From assembly GCF_009914755.1 (NCBI RefSeq), contig NC_060936.1: 64,000 nucleotides of DNA; one strand, 5' to 3'. Positions 45,069-58,040 of the stretch are shown in pieces; positions within the stretch are counted from its first letter, which is position 1; each line of letters opens with the position of its first letter. Both the position numbers and the translations under genes were made by a program. A model generated the notes under the pieces. It was not told the origin of the DNA. It saw only the letters and a program-made list of their open reading frames with translations, and did no database searches. This DNA is from the human T2T-CHM13v2.0 reference genome, Homo sapiens.

Positions 45069-45176
45069 GAGAATTGCTTGAACCCAGTAGGTGGAGGTTG
45101 CAGTGAGCCAAGATTGTGCCATTGCACTCCAGCCTGGACAACTAGAGCGAAACTCTGTCTCAAAAAAAAAAAAAAA
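45069..45176 (+). mobile_element. AluSq/Sp-like right-arm fragment only
   Basis: Starts mid-element at gagaattgcttgaaccc; ccattgcactcc and gagcgaaactc diagnostics; A15 tail. Confidence 0.9.
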
Positions 45177-45504
45177 GAGAAAGAGATATTGGAAATAACT
45201 TTCAGATAGCTAATGCAGTTATTTGGCAGTATCTAAAAATAAGTACAAGAAGGGTTTATTACATCTCCTTCCTCTTCCTTTATATCCATTTATTGGCTGT
45301 GTGACCTTAGGAAAGTTACTTAATTTCTGTCCTTCATATTGCTGGATTTTTTAAAATGATTTTTAAAGAACAAGATATGTCATCATAACCCTATGTTAAG
45401 AATTAATATGTTTATGTTTATATTTTGTTTTCAAATGTGAAATATAAAACATAACATAAATATCCCAAGATTATGAATAAATCTCAGTCTTTTTCCAAAA
45501 AAAA
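45069..45504 (+). other. L1 3'-transduced segment with its own AATAAA (45476-45481) and poly(A) (45497-45504)
   Basis: Enclosed together with the L1 by perfect 12-bp TSD GAAAACCTCCAA (42877-42888 and 45505-45516). Confidence 0.85.
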
Positions 45505-45657
45505 GAAAACCTCCAAACTAAGTTTATATCTAATGTTTCCATCCCTTGATATAGTAAAATAAGATGGTAGGCTAATGGCACAGAATGAAGTAGTGCTAAT
45601 TTATTCACATGGGTGTATCTCTGCAGGGTCAAATAGAAAGCTAATAAATTAAACACG

Positions 45658-46024
45658 GTACTCTAATCTGAATGTTTGTGTCCTCCCCAAATTTATATGT
45701 GGAAAACTAATCGCCAGTGTGATTGTGTTCAAAGGTGGGAAGCCATTGGGAAATGATTAGATTATAAGGCTGGAGACTTTGTGAATGGGATTAGTGCCCT
45801 TATAACAGAAGCCCCAGAGAACTGCCCTGTCTCTTCAACCATGTGAGGACAAAGGGAGAAGGCACCATCAATGAACCAGGAAATGAGCCCTCCCCAGACA
45901 CCAAATCTGCTGGTGCCTTGACCTTGGACTTCCCAGTCTTCAGAACTATGAGAAATACGTGTTTGTTGTTCATAAGTCACCCAGTTTATGGTACTTTGTA
46001 ATTCAGCCCCAGTGGACTAAGACA
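45658..46024 (+). mobile_element. MLT1A0-like solo LTR
   Basis: tgaatgtttgtgtcc...gaatgggattagtgcccttataa...ccagacaccaaatctgctggtgccttga...gactaagaca. Confidence 0.85.
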
Positions 46025-46999
46025 CATGGCATTAAGTTGTCTAGCAAAAAAAATTTTGTTAGTGCACACTGAACTATCAATATAGTTACTTCTACTGAAT
46101 CAAAGAAACATGTAAACTCTAACTAGTTTATTAAATTGCTGAAGTTGGTAAGATGCAAACAGAAAGCAACTTTATATTTCTTAAGTAATCTCTCAACTTG
46201 GTCTTCCCCAACCCTTGATGAAATCTTGGTTGCTCTAAGAAATCTCATTTTTCAACACACACATACACATCCAATCAGCGTAATATGAAAATTTCAAACT
46301 CTCACCCAATTTAAACCTTTTCTCTTTCCCTGAGCTGGGTCTGCTTCATGCTTGGAAACCTGCCAAGGGGAAGGGGTGCATATAAAGCTTGTTAGTTAAG
46401 GTTCTGGAACAGATAAATCCTGAAATACAGTGGCTTGGCACAATGAAAATTTAGTTTTTCTCATAAAAAGTGGAACCAGCTATAGTGGGATAAGGGCAAC
46501 TCCACCAACTGCATGCTGCTGGAATTCTTGTGACAGGAGAAAAATAACTCCCTATTATTTTAGGTTATTAAAATAACCAGAAAGAAGAGATCACACTGTA
46601 TTAACAAATAATGTGGTGGAGACAAAAGGACTGGACGGTGGTTTTGTTTTGATGTATTTTATTATTTTGTTATTTTCTGTTCTGTTCAGAAGGATGATTA
46701 TTCAACTGAAAAATTATGGTAAAAGCATTTTTTTGGAGCAAATCAAAAATCAGAATAAGTGGCAAGATTGTAAAGAACACTCATTTGCCTTAGATGCATC
46801 AAAGTTTTTAAGTCTAGGGGAATTACCCAAAATATACAAGAGCGTTCTGATAGAGCCACTCAACCACCCTTTGTTGAGAGCTCAGCCGGAAGCCGAACCG
46901 TTACAGGGCCTTTGTGTCTGGTTTGCCCCCCGTGCTGGAAGCACCTATGCCCCACAACATCCTCATCCTGCTGGCTAATTAGTAACTTAGACCTACGGC

Positions 47000-47245
47000 T
47001 CTGCTGAGGGTACGTCTTCTCCAGGAAGCCTTTCCTGACTCCCAAGGCTGGTGGAGAGACTACTGCTGCACGTTTCCTGAGCACTGACTGCACTGTCCTC
47101 AAGGGACTCATCACTAAGCCTTGACTGTAAATTAGCTGTAAGAGGACTGGACCTCAGTCCCTGTTGCATCCCCTGGGCTTGGCATAGTGCCAGGCACTAT
47201 TGCAACTTAAGTGTTCAGTAAACATTTCTTAAATCAATGAATTAA
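47000..47245 (+). mobile_element. L2 3' fragment
   Basis: tctccaggaagcctttcctgac...ggcatagtgccaggcac...ttcagtaaacattt. Confidence 0.65.
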
Positions 47246-47509
47246 ACACATTATTGTATCCTTCTCGATCCTTGCTCATAGAAGAGTTTTCCTGCTCTAA
47301 GGCCAAAGCTAAATAAATCATTTTGTCTGAGCACGGAGGCATAGTCTGAATAGTAGTATACAGAGATACCTGGAAGAAGGAGTACAAAAATATACTGTCC
47401 TGAAAAAACCACTTCGTTAGGTCCAAAGCTGCAGCAGTGATATCTGGAAAAATATTCAATTCTTATGCCACTCAATACTCAAACAACCAATACACTGCAA
47501 TAGTTTCCC

Positions 47510-47695
47510 TTAACCAAGCACTTACAGTTTGTCAAGACTTGTGCTAAAAATTGTAAAGTTTTAAATCCTAACAGTCCTGAAAGATGAAAATAATTCTCTC
47601 CCATTTTACAGTTGAAGAAACAGGCTCTGAGAGATAAAACGACCCACCCAGGACCTCACAGATGGCAGCTTCCAGAGGTGATCCTCAACTCTTGC
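47510..47695 (-). mobile_element. MIR fragment
   Basis: ccattttacagttgaagaaacaggctctgagag. Confidence 0.55.
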
Positions 47696-47699
47696 ACCT

Positions 47700-48122
47700 T
47701 GTGTTGGCTTCTTAGGGCTGCAGTGATAAAGTACCACAAATGGGTGGCTTATAAAAACAGAAATTTATTCTCTCACAGTCTGGAGGCTAGAAGTTTACAA
47801 TCAAACTGTTTCTCCCTGAGACTCTAAGTAGAAGCCTTCTTTGCCTCTTCCTAGCTTTTGGTGGTGGTCATCGATGATGGGCATTCTTTGGCTTGCAGCT
47901 ATGTCTTTCAAAGCACTGCCTGTCATCACGTGGCCTTTTTCCTGTGTATCTGTCTTCACATTATCTTCCCCATAAGGACACCAGTCATATTGGATCAGAG
48001 CCTACTTTAATGACCTCATCTTAACTGATTACAACGGAAACGATTCTATTTCCTAATAAAGTGACATTCTGGGGTACTAGGGGTAGGACTTCAACAGTGT
48101 GGACAGAGTTCAACCTGTAACA
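47700..48122 (-). mobile_element. MLT1C-like solo LTR
   Basis: tagggctgc...aaagtaccacaaa...aaatttattctctcacagt...taaggacaccagtcatattggat...ttcaacctgtaaca. Confidence 0.8.
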
Positions 48123-48539
48123 CACCTATCTACTATTATACTTCTCTGAGAAATGTGGGAGTGGCATGATTTTCTTAGTATTGAGAGCACAGAAAACAAA
48201 TTGTTATGAAGGGGCGCAACAGAATAATAAAGTAGAGGGAATCCTAAAAAGCACATCTAAACACCAATTGCATTATTCCTAGTTCCCATCATGAAATTTC
48301 AGTCAATAAAATATATTCCTTAACCTATTTCCATCTTAATAAGGATGCTACTGCCACGACAAAGTTTAACAGAAGCAAAGTCTTACACTTAAAAAAAGGT
48401 TAATTTTTACATTAGGGATTTGACTTCATTATACAGAAAAAAATGTTAATTTGATCAATGTAAGGAACAAAAGCAGATGTGAGTTGGGTTTCATGCAGCT
48501 AATTGTCTAAGTTTAATCAAAAGATTATGTAGTATTTGT

Positions 48540-50100
48540 TGGCAGCAGTGGTAGATGAAGCCAGCTATTCACATACAATTTGTGCTTCCTCTTCCAGAGT
48601 GTGGAGTTGCCACTCAGAGGTTACATTACTACTCACCAATGGGATGTGAGTTGAAGTAATGTGTCACTTAAAAGTTTCATACCCTCATTTCCCATCCATT
48701 GGTTAGAGGTGAGAATGTCAAAGATGTAGAGGCTTAAGACAAAGGAGTGCCCTAAATTAGTGTGTGAAGGAAAACTGCCTAGCAACCGGGACACATATTG
48801 GACCACTAGGTTAGGTAGAAATAACAGGTTAGGGTTTATGTGTTATAGCAGTTAGTGCTATCCTAATTAACACAAAAAGATATACCTTATAGAGTATCAC
48901 TACAATTAAAAATATTATCTTGGATTAAAGGTCAAGTGTATGCAATGAGAAAATGGATAATATAAGCTGGAAAAAAATGGAAACGAGTATTATACAGAGA
49001 CAAAATATTTGGTAAAGTTGCCACGTGTCATAATTCAGGCAGACCATGTGTCTACTGCACATGTGGCTTTAAGAAAAGTTGTTGAAAAGAGTATTAATAT
49101 AGGGTATTTTTCTTTCTACTTTTAGCAAGATATTATAAACAAAAAAAAGACCTTCAGCAAATCAGCAAAAATCGGCTCATTTGAAATCACAGTTGGACAT
49201 ATGTAACTTCACAAGGAGGAAAAAGCTAACTCCTAAAATCTGAGAAAAGAAGGACTGAAAAATAAAATCTTAAGAGGCCTATTAAGATTTCTCAGTTGAA
49301 TCAAGTGATTCAGTCCCAGGGCAAAAACCAGCATAAGGCTATTTCAGTCCCACCCAAGCCTGTTCTTTCAAATGCCTCCAAAGAAGCTACTGTAAAGTTG
49401 AAATACAGGGACACAGGGAAAGGAAACAGAAAAAGCAGACATGGGAATCTACCTTTAGGAGATAATTTGGGATGTGATTATTGGTACATGGGACTGACTG
49501 AAAACAGATTAAAAGCCTACTATATTTCTGAGGGATTTTACTGCCAAAGACATCAGTAAAATATGTATTAGTCTGTTCTCACACTTCTAATAAAGACATA
49601 CCTGAGACTGGGTAATTTATAAAGAAAAAGATTTAATGGACCCACAGTTCCATGTAGCTGGGGAGGTCTCACAATCATGGCAGGTGAAGGAGTAGCAAAA
49701 GCACATCTTCCATGGCGGCAGGCAAGAGTGTGTTCAGGGGAACTGCTCTTTATAAAACTGTCAGATCTCATGATATTTATTCACTGCATGAGAACAGCAC
49801 AAGAAAACCTGCTCCCATGATTCGATTACTTCCCACAGGGTCCCTTCCAATGACATGAGAATTATGGGAACTACAGCTTAAGACATTTGAATGGGGACAC
49901 AGCCAAACCATATCATAATATGTTGATTATTTGAGTCTTAAAACCCACTGGACCTCAAACTTCCATAGAGAATATATACAGTGAAAGCACTGCAAATCCT
50001 GTAGAGAGTATCCTTCCCAATGCCGACTTCATAAGGCCAGGGAAAATACCAGAAAAGAAAGATTTTTCATAAAATGGAGCCAGGCTCCACAGAGAACAAA
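48540..50100 (+). mobile_element. old MLT1 LTR followed by probable MLT1 internal sequence
   Basis: ccaatgggatgtgagttgaagt and gttatagcag...ctaattaacaca LTR end (~48873), then purine-rich internal-like sequence; family uncertain. Confidence 0.4.
49564..49915 (-). mobile_element. THE1C-like solo LTR
   Basis: tgtattagtctgttctcac...taataaagacatacctgagactggg...cagccaaaccatatca; 5-bp TSD aaata/taata. Confidence 0.9.
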
Positions 50101-50522
50101 TGAGAGGAATTTTTCTCCCTGAGATTCAGGATCTGACCTAGGAACTTCTCTCCCCTTTAGGCTACCTCCTACATTCTTTCACTATGTCTCTTATTTTGGG
50201 AAAACTCATGTTCAGCTTTTTCTGGTTCATCTTATACTTTCTGTTCCATATTAAAATCAGCCCTGAAATCACATATTGTTCCAAGGAGCCCGACTTTCTC
50301 TTAATGGGGAATAGCTTTCAGTAATCAAGATTTGGTGTGGTGTGCTCATTGTAATTGGAATGATTTTACTTCTAGACTCTTTTATAGACACCCAGGGTTG
50401 AGGGGGATGAGACTGAGACACACACACACACACACACCCCTATTTTTCTACATCTATTATTTCCCTGGATGATGCCATCTCAAGAGTTTGTATTTGTAGT
50501 GATGGTTTTTGCTGCAGCTCTG

Positions 50523-50571
50523 GGAACTGGCTCTAGATATCAAGAGGCTCTCGATATCTAGAGCCAGTTCC
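50523..50571. repeat. 49-bp palindrome (24-bp arms, 1-nt spacer, 1 mismatch)
   Basis: ggaactggctctagatatcaagag-g-ctctcgatatctagagccagttcc. Confidence 0.95.
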
Positions 50572-50929
50572 AAATGTTATTCAGTAAGGTTATATTTGAC
50601 CTGTGATCTGAGGGACTCTGATCTCAGGGACTGTGGAAAGCTTGGGGCCTAGGCTCCCTCACCTAGGCTATGATAGAGACCTCTGGTTCCTCTCTTTTAT
50701 ATCATCCTTCAGGATGAGGAAGATGCAGGTCTCAGAATTCCTCAGATGGGGTGATATGCTTCCTGAATCCAACCCTTACGTAGCCACAGATATCAGTCAA
50801 CAGGTCAGAGGAGCCATATCATGTGGGTGAGTATAGGATCCCCGAGTTTAGTTCTTTTTGATGTAGATGATTTTCTTCTGTCTTCTGACTTGCAGCTTTG
50901 AGATATACATATATAGCCACCACATATAT

Positions 50930-51150
50930 TGATAGTATGTACCAGGCACTGTTCTAAGCCATGTATCAATTAACTACTAGTTAATTTAATCCTCGCAAAA
51001 CATTATGGATATCACGATCACTATTTTATATATAAGTAAACTGAAATAGGGTTAAGTAACTTACTCAAGACACATAGGCATTAAATAGAGAAATGTGAAA
51101 TCAAAACTAGACTAGGTGACCCAAGCCATTATTCTAAACTTGTATGATAT
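50930..51150 (-). mobile_element. MIR
   Basis: tatgtaccaggcactgttctaag...atttaatcctc...aaactga...ggttaagtaactt. Confidence 0.7.
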
Positions 51151-51159
51151 GCTATCTCA

Positions 51160-51700
51160 CAGGTAACTTTGATTCTTTTCTTTTAGGGGGTATCTTGTTT
51201 TTTCTGTCTGCAAGCATACAAATTTTTCTTTTCCTTCTTGTGGCTCAAGAATTTTGCTATAATATGCCCAGGTATGCTGTTTAGTTTTGTTTTTCTTACC
51301 AAACTTACTTGGAATGTAGTATCTCCTTTCAAACTACGAATTCAGGTTTATGTTCAGTCTAGAAAATTTTCATCTATTACCTGTAAAATCATTGCCTCTT
51401 GCTTATCTTTTACATTTGTCTCTTTGTGGAAAACCTATTATTCTTACTCTAAGTCTTTGCACCCATCTATGTGTTTCCTTCATCGCGTCTGTCTCTACAT
51501 TTTTGTTCATTCATTGAGGGATTTCTTTTACTTGGCATTTATGGTCACTAATGCAGATATCAACAGACTCCATTCTTTTCTTCAATACACCTATTGGTTT
51601 GTTTCTTTGTTTGAAAATCATGCTTTTTTTAGTTCCAGAAAACTTTTGAGATGGACTATCTGCTCCGATTCCTCAGGGATCTGCAGTAGTGCTCTTTCTC
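51160..51700 (-). mobile_element. very old L1/HAL1 ORF1-region fragment
   Basis: T-rich antisense L1-type phrases (aattttgctataatatgcccaggt, ttcagtctagaaaattttc). Confidence 0.45.
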
Positions 51701-52989
51701 TGGGCACCTACCTCTGTGGTTTGGTCTTTCTCTGAATGATGGGACCACATCACTATATTCTTGCCATTTCTTTTCTTGGCTCATTTAGGCATATGACTGA
51801 TATTTCTGGTACCATAAGTGACTGTTGTTCACCTTGTGGAAGGCAAAGCATTTTCTAATTTTAGGGACAGAGAAGGGAACCAGGAGGAAGCCTCTCTGCC
51901 CTCTGTCCTCACACAGTAAGGCCAAGCCCACCTGCTTAGTTTTCCTTGCACCTCTTGGGGATTAGCAAGAACAAACATACTCACAGTATCAGTGCCAGTT
52001 TTACCCCTGGGGGTACACAAATTCCTTAGGGTCCTCTGGTTCTAATTCTTGCCCTAGGGCTCCCCAGTAAAGGTTTAGAGACTCCTCTGATGCTCAGGGA
52101 GAAAGATCCACACTTGCTTCACGAAGGGTATCACCTAGAGCCCAAGACCTGCCACTCTGATCTTGTGGATAGATGGAACTAGGGATAGAAGGAAAGTACG
52201 AAATGCTTAGGTTGTCTGCCATGTTTCCATTATCCGTCCTTATATTCAAAACAACTGAAAGAAGAAAAAACGTAATTACTATATTCAATATAGTTTCCCC
52301 AATATCAAGTTTTCATGTGTCTATTATTCAAACATCTCATGAAATTTCATTTTTACATTTTTAAAAATATTAACCAATTGGAATATTCTAATTATGAATT
52401 TGACATACATACCCAAACATGTATAATTTAGCTGAAGATAATTGTGAGGGCCAAGGTCAAAGAAAAATGTGCAGGAGGAAGAGACTGATTTCAGGGGGTT
52501 TTTGCTTCATTCAGTTCCTCAATAACCATATACCATTGATGTAGGCATCCCTTAATATGTAAAAATGGTAACTTTTACAGGCACTAGTAGATCAAGGCAG
52601 GGCTTAATAGCAAAAATTGAGCCGGGGTAGAGTTGAGATTCTCTTGAAAATAAAGAAGTACATCAGGACAACCACTTGGACAGAGGGTCTCTTAACTGTG
52701 TTTGGAGATTAATTAAGTTAGGGTATTTATGTTAGGCCAAAGTTCTCCTTAGAAAACATTTACTGAGTAAGCTAGAGGTAAATGAGAAATCAAAGCCATA
52801 AAGTTCTATATCATGCTCATAATTTTAACCTAGAAAAATGTTAAGAGAAATATAAGTAGACAACCACTCTGGCTACATAAAATCTCAATGAAGCACCCAT
52901 AGAATTCTTAACTTTAAAAAATGATACTTCCGGATTATAGTCTCTAAGATGAACCGTTTACAAAATGTGCATCACAGAAACCAAATGAA

Positions 52990-53266
52990 ATTGTTTTCTC
53001 TTTGTCACCTTATCAGAAATGTCTTTTCTGACCACCCTACTCCTTTCTCAGCTGTTCTTTGTTCCTTGTGCTTATCACCATCTGATACATATGTTTACTT
53101 GTTTATGTGTCAATGAGCAATCTCCTCCCCAGTTGATTGTAAGCTGAGAGCAGGGACTTTGTTTCACTCATTGCTGCCTACCTAGTGCCTAAAAGAGTAC
53201 CCAAGATATGATAGATAATAAATATCTACTGAGTCAACGACTGATGGACTGATTGACTGACTGAAT
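52990..53266 (+). mobile_element. L2a-like 3' end
   Basis: ttctgaccaccct...cttatcaccatctga...gagcagggactttg...agtgccta...ataaatat; (GACT)n tail. Confidence 0.7.
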
Positions 53267-54289
53267 TATTTCTATGCTAGGCAAAATCTACTTGGTATCT
53301 TCACAAATAGTGATTTCAGTTTTGGAATATTTGATTTGTAACATTATCTTCTTGAACTTACTAAATTGCAGGATCATTCACCTATTAAATCCACTGCTGG
53401 ATTTAGATATTAGACCCTGTCTTCTGTTTATAAGGAAATTTGTATTTTTACTCTTATTGAGGTGGGTCGGGCCCAAAGACTGGGAAAGTACACATCAAGT
53501 TATCAAAAAAGAACTTCACTTTTTTATTTCTTTAATTAAGAAATAATTTTTATAAGGGGAGGCCAGAATTCATTCATATTTTCCCTTGTTTGAAAATATT
53601 AAATTATCCATCCAGAATTCTTCCTCTTTCTCTTCCTATTCTTCCTCTCTCTCCTTCCTTTTTGAGATCTCAGACTAACGGACATTACTCCATTGATACA
53701 TCTTAACTTCATCTTTGTAAGAGGTGAAGATAAAGTCCTATTTTTAGTATAATTTACTTCTAGCGTAAACTTTTACTGTGCACAATTCTATATCAAAATT
53801 GCACATTATTCCAAAATTTTAAATACTCTTTTTAGTGTAATAAAGTATCTCTAACACAAAATAGCAGTTAATGTCAAAGTCTTACGAAACTGGATGATTA
53901 GACCGTGTTCCTCAGAACATAGTTGTAAGATCTGAGAGCTATAGAATAGTAAACAAAAAAATGAAAACAGAACATGAGCATCTGCAGGGCTTGGTTTATC
54001 AATGTCATTTTCATTAAAGTCTCAGAAATTTCAGAGATATAAGCAGTAAGAAATACAGATTTAATTATTTCATAAAATATGCAGATTTATTGCATCTACA
54101 GTAACACTACAGTAATACTATTATGCTCAGTAAATGACAATGTTTCTTTAAAAAACAGTAATTTTATGCCAAGTTAATATTTTGAAGGATCTCTCTCCTT
54201 TCAATTCTTGAAGTATTTGTGGGTTAATGACATACCAACTCAGTGAATACACTTAGGACACTTATCCGATAATTTCTAAGGCAGTGAAA

Positions 54290-54530
54290 GTAGCTGAAAA
54301 TGTTGCCTTCAGAATTAGAAGGTGGGGGACTGAATCCTGTTTCTGCCACCCATTTGCTATGCAATCTTGGGCATGTGGTTGAACCTTTATGTCCCCTCTT
54401 TTTCCCATCTGTTCAATGGGGGTTCAAAAGCAAAAGTAAGAAAAGCACTCACAGTACTGGATTGTATTGTTCTGAAGATTAAGAATTAATCCATCTGAAG
54501 CACCTGAGACAATGCCTGGCACATAATGGA
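54290..54530 (+). mobile_element. MIR
   Basis: tgaatcctgtttctgccac...cttgggcatgtggttgaacct...atgcctggcacataa. Confidence 0.65.
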
Positions 54531-55569
54531 ACACAGTATTTTCCTGGATTCCTTTGACTTTCCAAAAGGAATCAAAAGGATTTCTGAACTACAAAATACT
54601 GGATTATCAGAACTAACTGTATCTGCTTCATAAAGTTTCATGGAGCATAATAGATTCTAGTTTAGGTTAACTGGCTTTGGTTGCGTTTCTATTTCCACTT
54701 AATTTCTTAAGTTGTTCTACATGGCTCTCTGGAAAGCAGGAGTGACACTTCCATTCTACCATATGATTGGCAAAAGTCTTCTGTTCTAGCCCTTGACTGA
54801 GTAGATTCCGCTTAGAACAAGGATGTTTTGTCCTTGTTCAAAAAATATATCTTGTACAGCTTAAGACTAGAGCTCTAACAGAATCACTGATTTATTAATT
54901 TCTCCTTTGGCCAATGGAAAGAAAAGCAAAGTTTGAGGCTCTTGTCTCACCTCAAAGAAGTGCATTTTATATTTCTTCAGAGCTTTCAGATACCAATTTC
55001 AATACATTCTTCTCTGACAAGCAATTAACATGCAGTGTTTTAAGATTAAAGCTTAACATTCCACAGGAGACAGTGTTTAACTCTAGAAGGCCAGCTTTCT
55101 CCCAGGGGACCTCTTACCAATATCTTTGCAAGGACATATTCATGGTAACTAACTAGAGACCTAGATTTTGTTCTTGTGAATGCTACTGACCTTCAATTTC
55201 ACTAAGAAAGTATCCTCTGAACAGCTTTATGTTTAGAATTCTGTTCTCTTTTTATACCTGCAAAAACAGTGCTCTTCTCTGAGCAGAGCCCCCTTTACAA
55301 AGGGTTAACTAGTATGCCTTGTAGTTTTTAGGCTACAGAAATAATTTTATTTGCTAGATTTATTCAGAAATAGTTTCTAAAGATATCTAAGACTCAGTAA
55401 GATAAAATAAAGACTTTTAAGGAAGGCACATTAAAGCTACTCCTCTCTGCTTCTGTATTTTCCTTGTCTTAGAGTATGCGTCTGCTGGTGTGCCATTGGT
55501 CTGAAATAGGTCATGTGGAGAGAGGAAACTGAAATATTTACCATGGAGCTGACCAATGATATACTTTTT

Positions 55570-56105
55570 AGAGGTGATGCATGAGATGTTTTCTATTGCT
55601 GACCCAAGCTACTTCTGCCTCTTCTTTCCAGCTAACAGAATCCCAATTTGTTCAGATAGGGACCTTCACCAGGGATGAACTATGACTGAGCTAAATAAAC
55701 CAGGCTTTCTAATCTCATCCCTTTTGGAAGTAATTGGTCTGATGATGAGCAGGTGACCTAGTTCAACTGCAGATGGAGACACCTGGAGAGGACTTCTTTT
55801 CCTGACTAAAAAGACAAAGCTGTGCAAAAAGGAAAGATTTAACTTTCTCCCCTTCTTTCTTCCTGGAATATGGCTCTGGTTCCTGAGATGCAGCAGATGT
55901 TTTGTGACATGAGCAAAAAGTCCAAGGATGAAAGGTAAAGATGAAGATGGAAAGGCCCTGATTCCTTGGTGGGATCATGGAGCAGTTGAACCTACTCCAG
56001 CAACTGTCTGCCACTGGAATTCTCGTAATAGAAGAAAAATAATCCCCTATTCTATTAGGTTACTGAAGTTTGGTTTGCTGTTTCTTGCGATTGAATGCCT
56101 GACAT
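55570..56105 (+). mobile_element. MLT1J-like LTR
   Basis: ctaacagaatccc...gagatgcagcag...ggagcagttgaacc...aaaaataatccc. Confidence 0.55.
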
Positions 56106-56165
56106 AGATGGGCTCTCCTCAGGTTTGTTGTGAGACTCTATTGCTAACATAATAAGCAATCTGGG

Positions 56166-56592
56166 TGTCTTCATTTGGGTTCCCTCAATAACAGATCTTA
56201 TGACAAGGATTAGGGTGCAAGTGGTTCATTTGAGAGGCAAAGGAAATATCAATAAGCAGTTAGGGAAGTGAAACAGAAAAAAGCAGCCAATAAAGGGTGC
56301 ATTATCAAGCCAGCTACCACTGTGAAGAAACTCTACAAACCAATGGAAAACACATGCCTCAGGGGTAAAGGAGCTAGGGTATTTACATACCAACTCATTT
56401 ATTGGTTGAGGAAGGCTTCCAGGGAACATTAATACCCTGGCATATCTGTTTACCATATAGGAGGCAAACTGGGCTTTAACAGTCAGAGAAAGCCCTCAGG
56501 AGAAGAAATGCAGGCACTGATCATTGAAAGTCCAGCTAGCACGCATTGAAAAACTAGGAGATATGGAAGGACAATCAAGAGCATCTGCTGCA
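56166..56592 (-). mobile_element. LTR16-like ERVL LTR
   Basis: gggttccctca...acaaggattagggtgcaagtggttcattt...gcagccaataaagggtg...gcatctgctgca. Confidence 0.65.
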
Positions 56593-56892
56593 ACTAATGA
56601 GCTGCTGTTACAGGCAAATACAGGTATTGAGTTAACAACTATAATCGCTGCATTCATCTCTAATAAGAGACATTTTAAAAGTACCTTACAGACACGTGTC
56701 TCCCTGCTAACTCCAAGTCTAAGTATAATCAGACTCCTCCTTCCCCAGTAAATCCCCATAAACGTGCCTCAAAAGTCATTGGCTATTTCTTCCTGAAGTC
56801 AAAATTGATGGTAAAATAAAAAAGGTATGCATTCAACATGCCCTTTGGCTCTGACTTATGTTGGCCAAGGAAGGGAAGAGGATTGGGATTTA

Positions 56893-57283
<391 letters not shown>

Positions 57284-57414
57284 CTACTCTGTTTTAAAAG
57301 TTTTCTCATTTCTCTTCTCTTTCTCCACCTTCCTGCAATACATTCATAAGACCTGACTCACCTGTCTCATAATTCCTACTCCACGGTAAAAATAAAACAT
57401 TATGATATGCTCCA

Positions 57415-57796
57415 TGTGTTAGTTCATTTTCATACTGTTATAAAGAACTGCCTGATACTGGGTAATTTATAAAGGAAATAGGTTTAATTGACTCACAGTT
57501 CAGCATGGCTGGGGAAGGTCACAGAAAACGTACAGTCATGGTGGCAGGTGAAGGGGAAGCAAGACACCTTCCTCACAAAGCAGCTGGAAGGAGAAGTGCC
57601 GAATGAAGCGGGGGAAGAGCCCCTTATAAAACCATCAGATCTCGTGAGAACTTACTCTCTATCATGAGAACAGCGTTGGGGGAACTGACCCCATGCTTCA
57701 ATTACCTCCACCTGGTCTCTCCCTTGACAGGTGGGGATTATGGGGATTACAATTCAAGATGAGATTTGGGTGGGGAGACAAAGCCTAACTATATCA
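57415..57796 (-). mobile_element. THE1D-like solo LTR
   Basis: tgtgttagttcattttcatactg..ataaagaactgcctga...acctggtctctcccttgaca...ctatatca; TSD ctcca/ttcca. Confidence 0.9.
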
Positions 57797-57834
57797 TTCC
57801 ACTTATGTTTTATTGGATTTACATATTTTTTGGA

Positions 57835-58040
57835 GGTGGGTTAATATGGTTGATAAAAGTAGCACTGGACTAGAAATTTTGCAAGACCCAAATTCTTGTA
57901 GCAAATGTATAAATATTCTAGCTGAAAGAACATGTGCAATGCACTTACCTTTTCCATGGCTCGGTTTCCAGATGAAGAAAATTCAGGGTTTGACAAAACC
58001 ACCTCTAATGACACTTCCTACTCTGAAGGTCTAATTCTTC
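57835..58040 (+). mobile_element. MIR3-like fragment
   Basis: aaagtagcactggactagaa...ctcggtttcc...cttcctactctgaaggtcta. Confidence 0.5.

Noticed and set aside
51238-51735. 165-aa hydrophobic ORF
   Set aside because: Non-ATG start, lies on the T-rich antisense strand of an old L1-like fragment, and shows no recognisable domain.
54817-54841. 9-bp hairpin gaacaagga-N7-tccttgttc (and a similar one near 54547-54573)
   Set aside because: Short stems like this are expected by chance in 64 kb of AT-rich DNA, and intrinsic terminators are irrelevant in this eukaryotic context.
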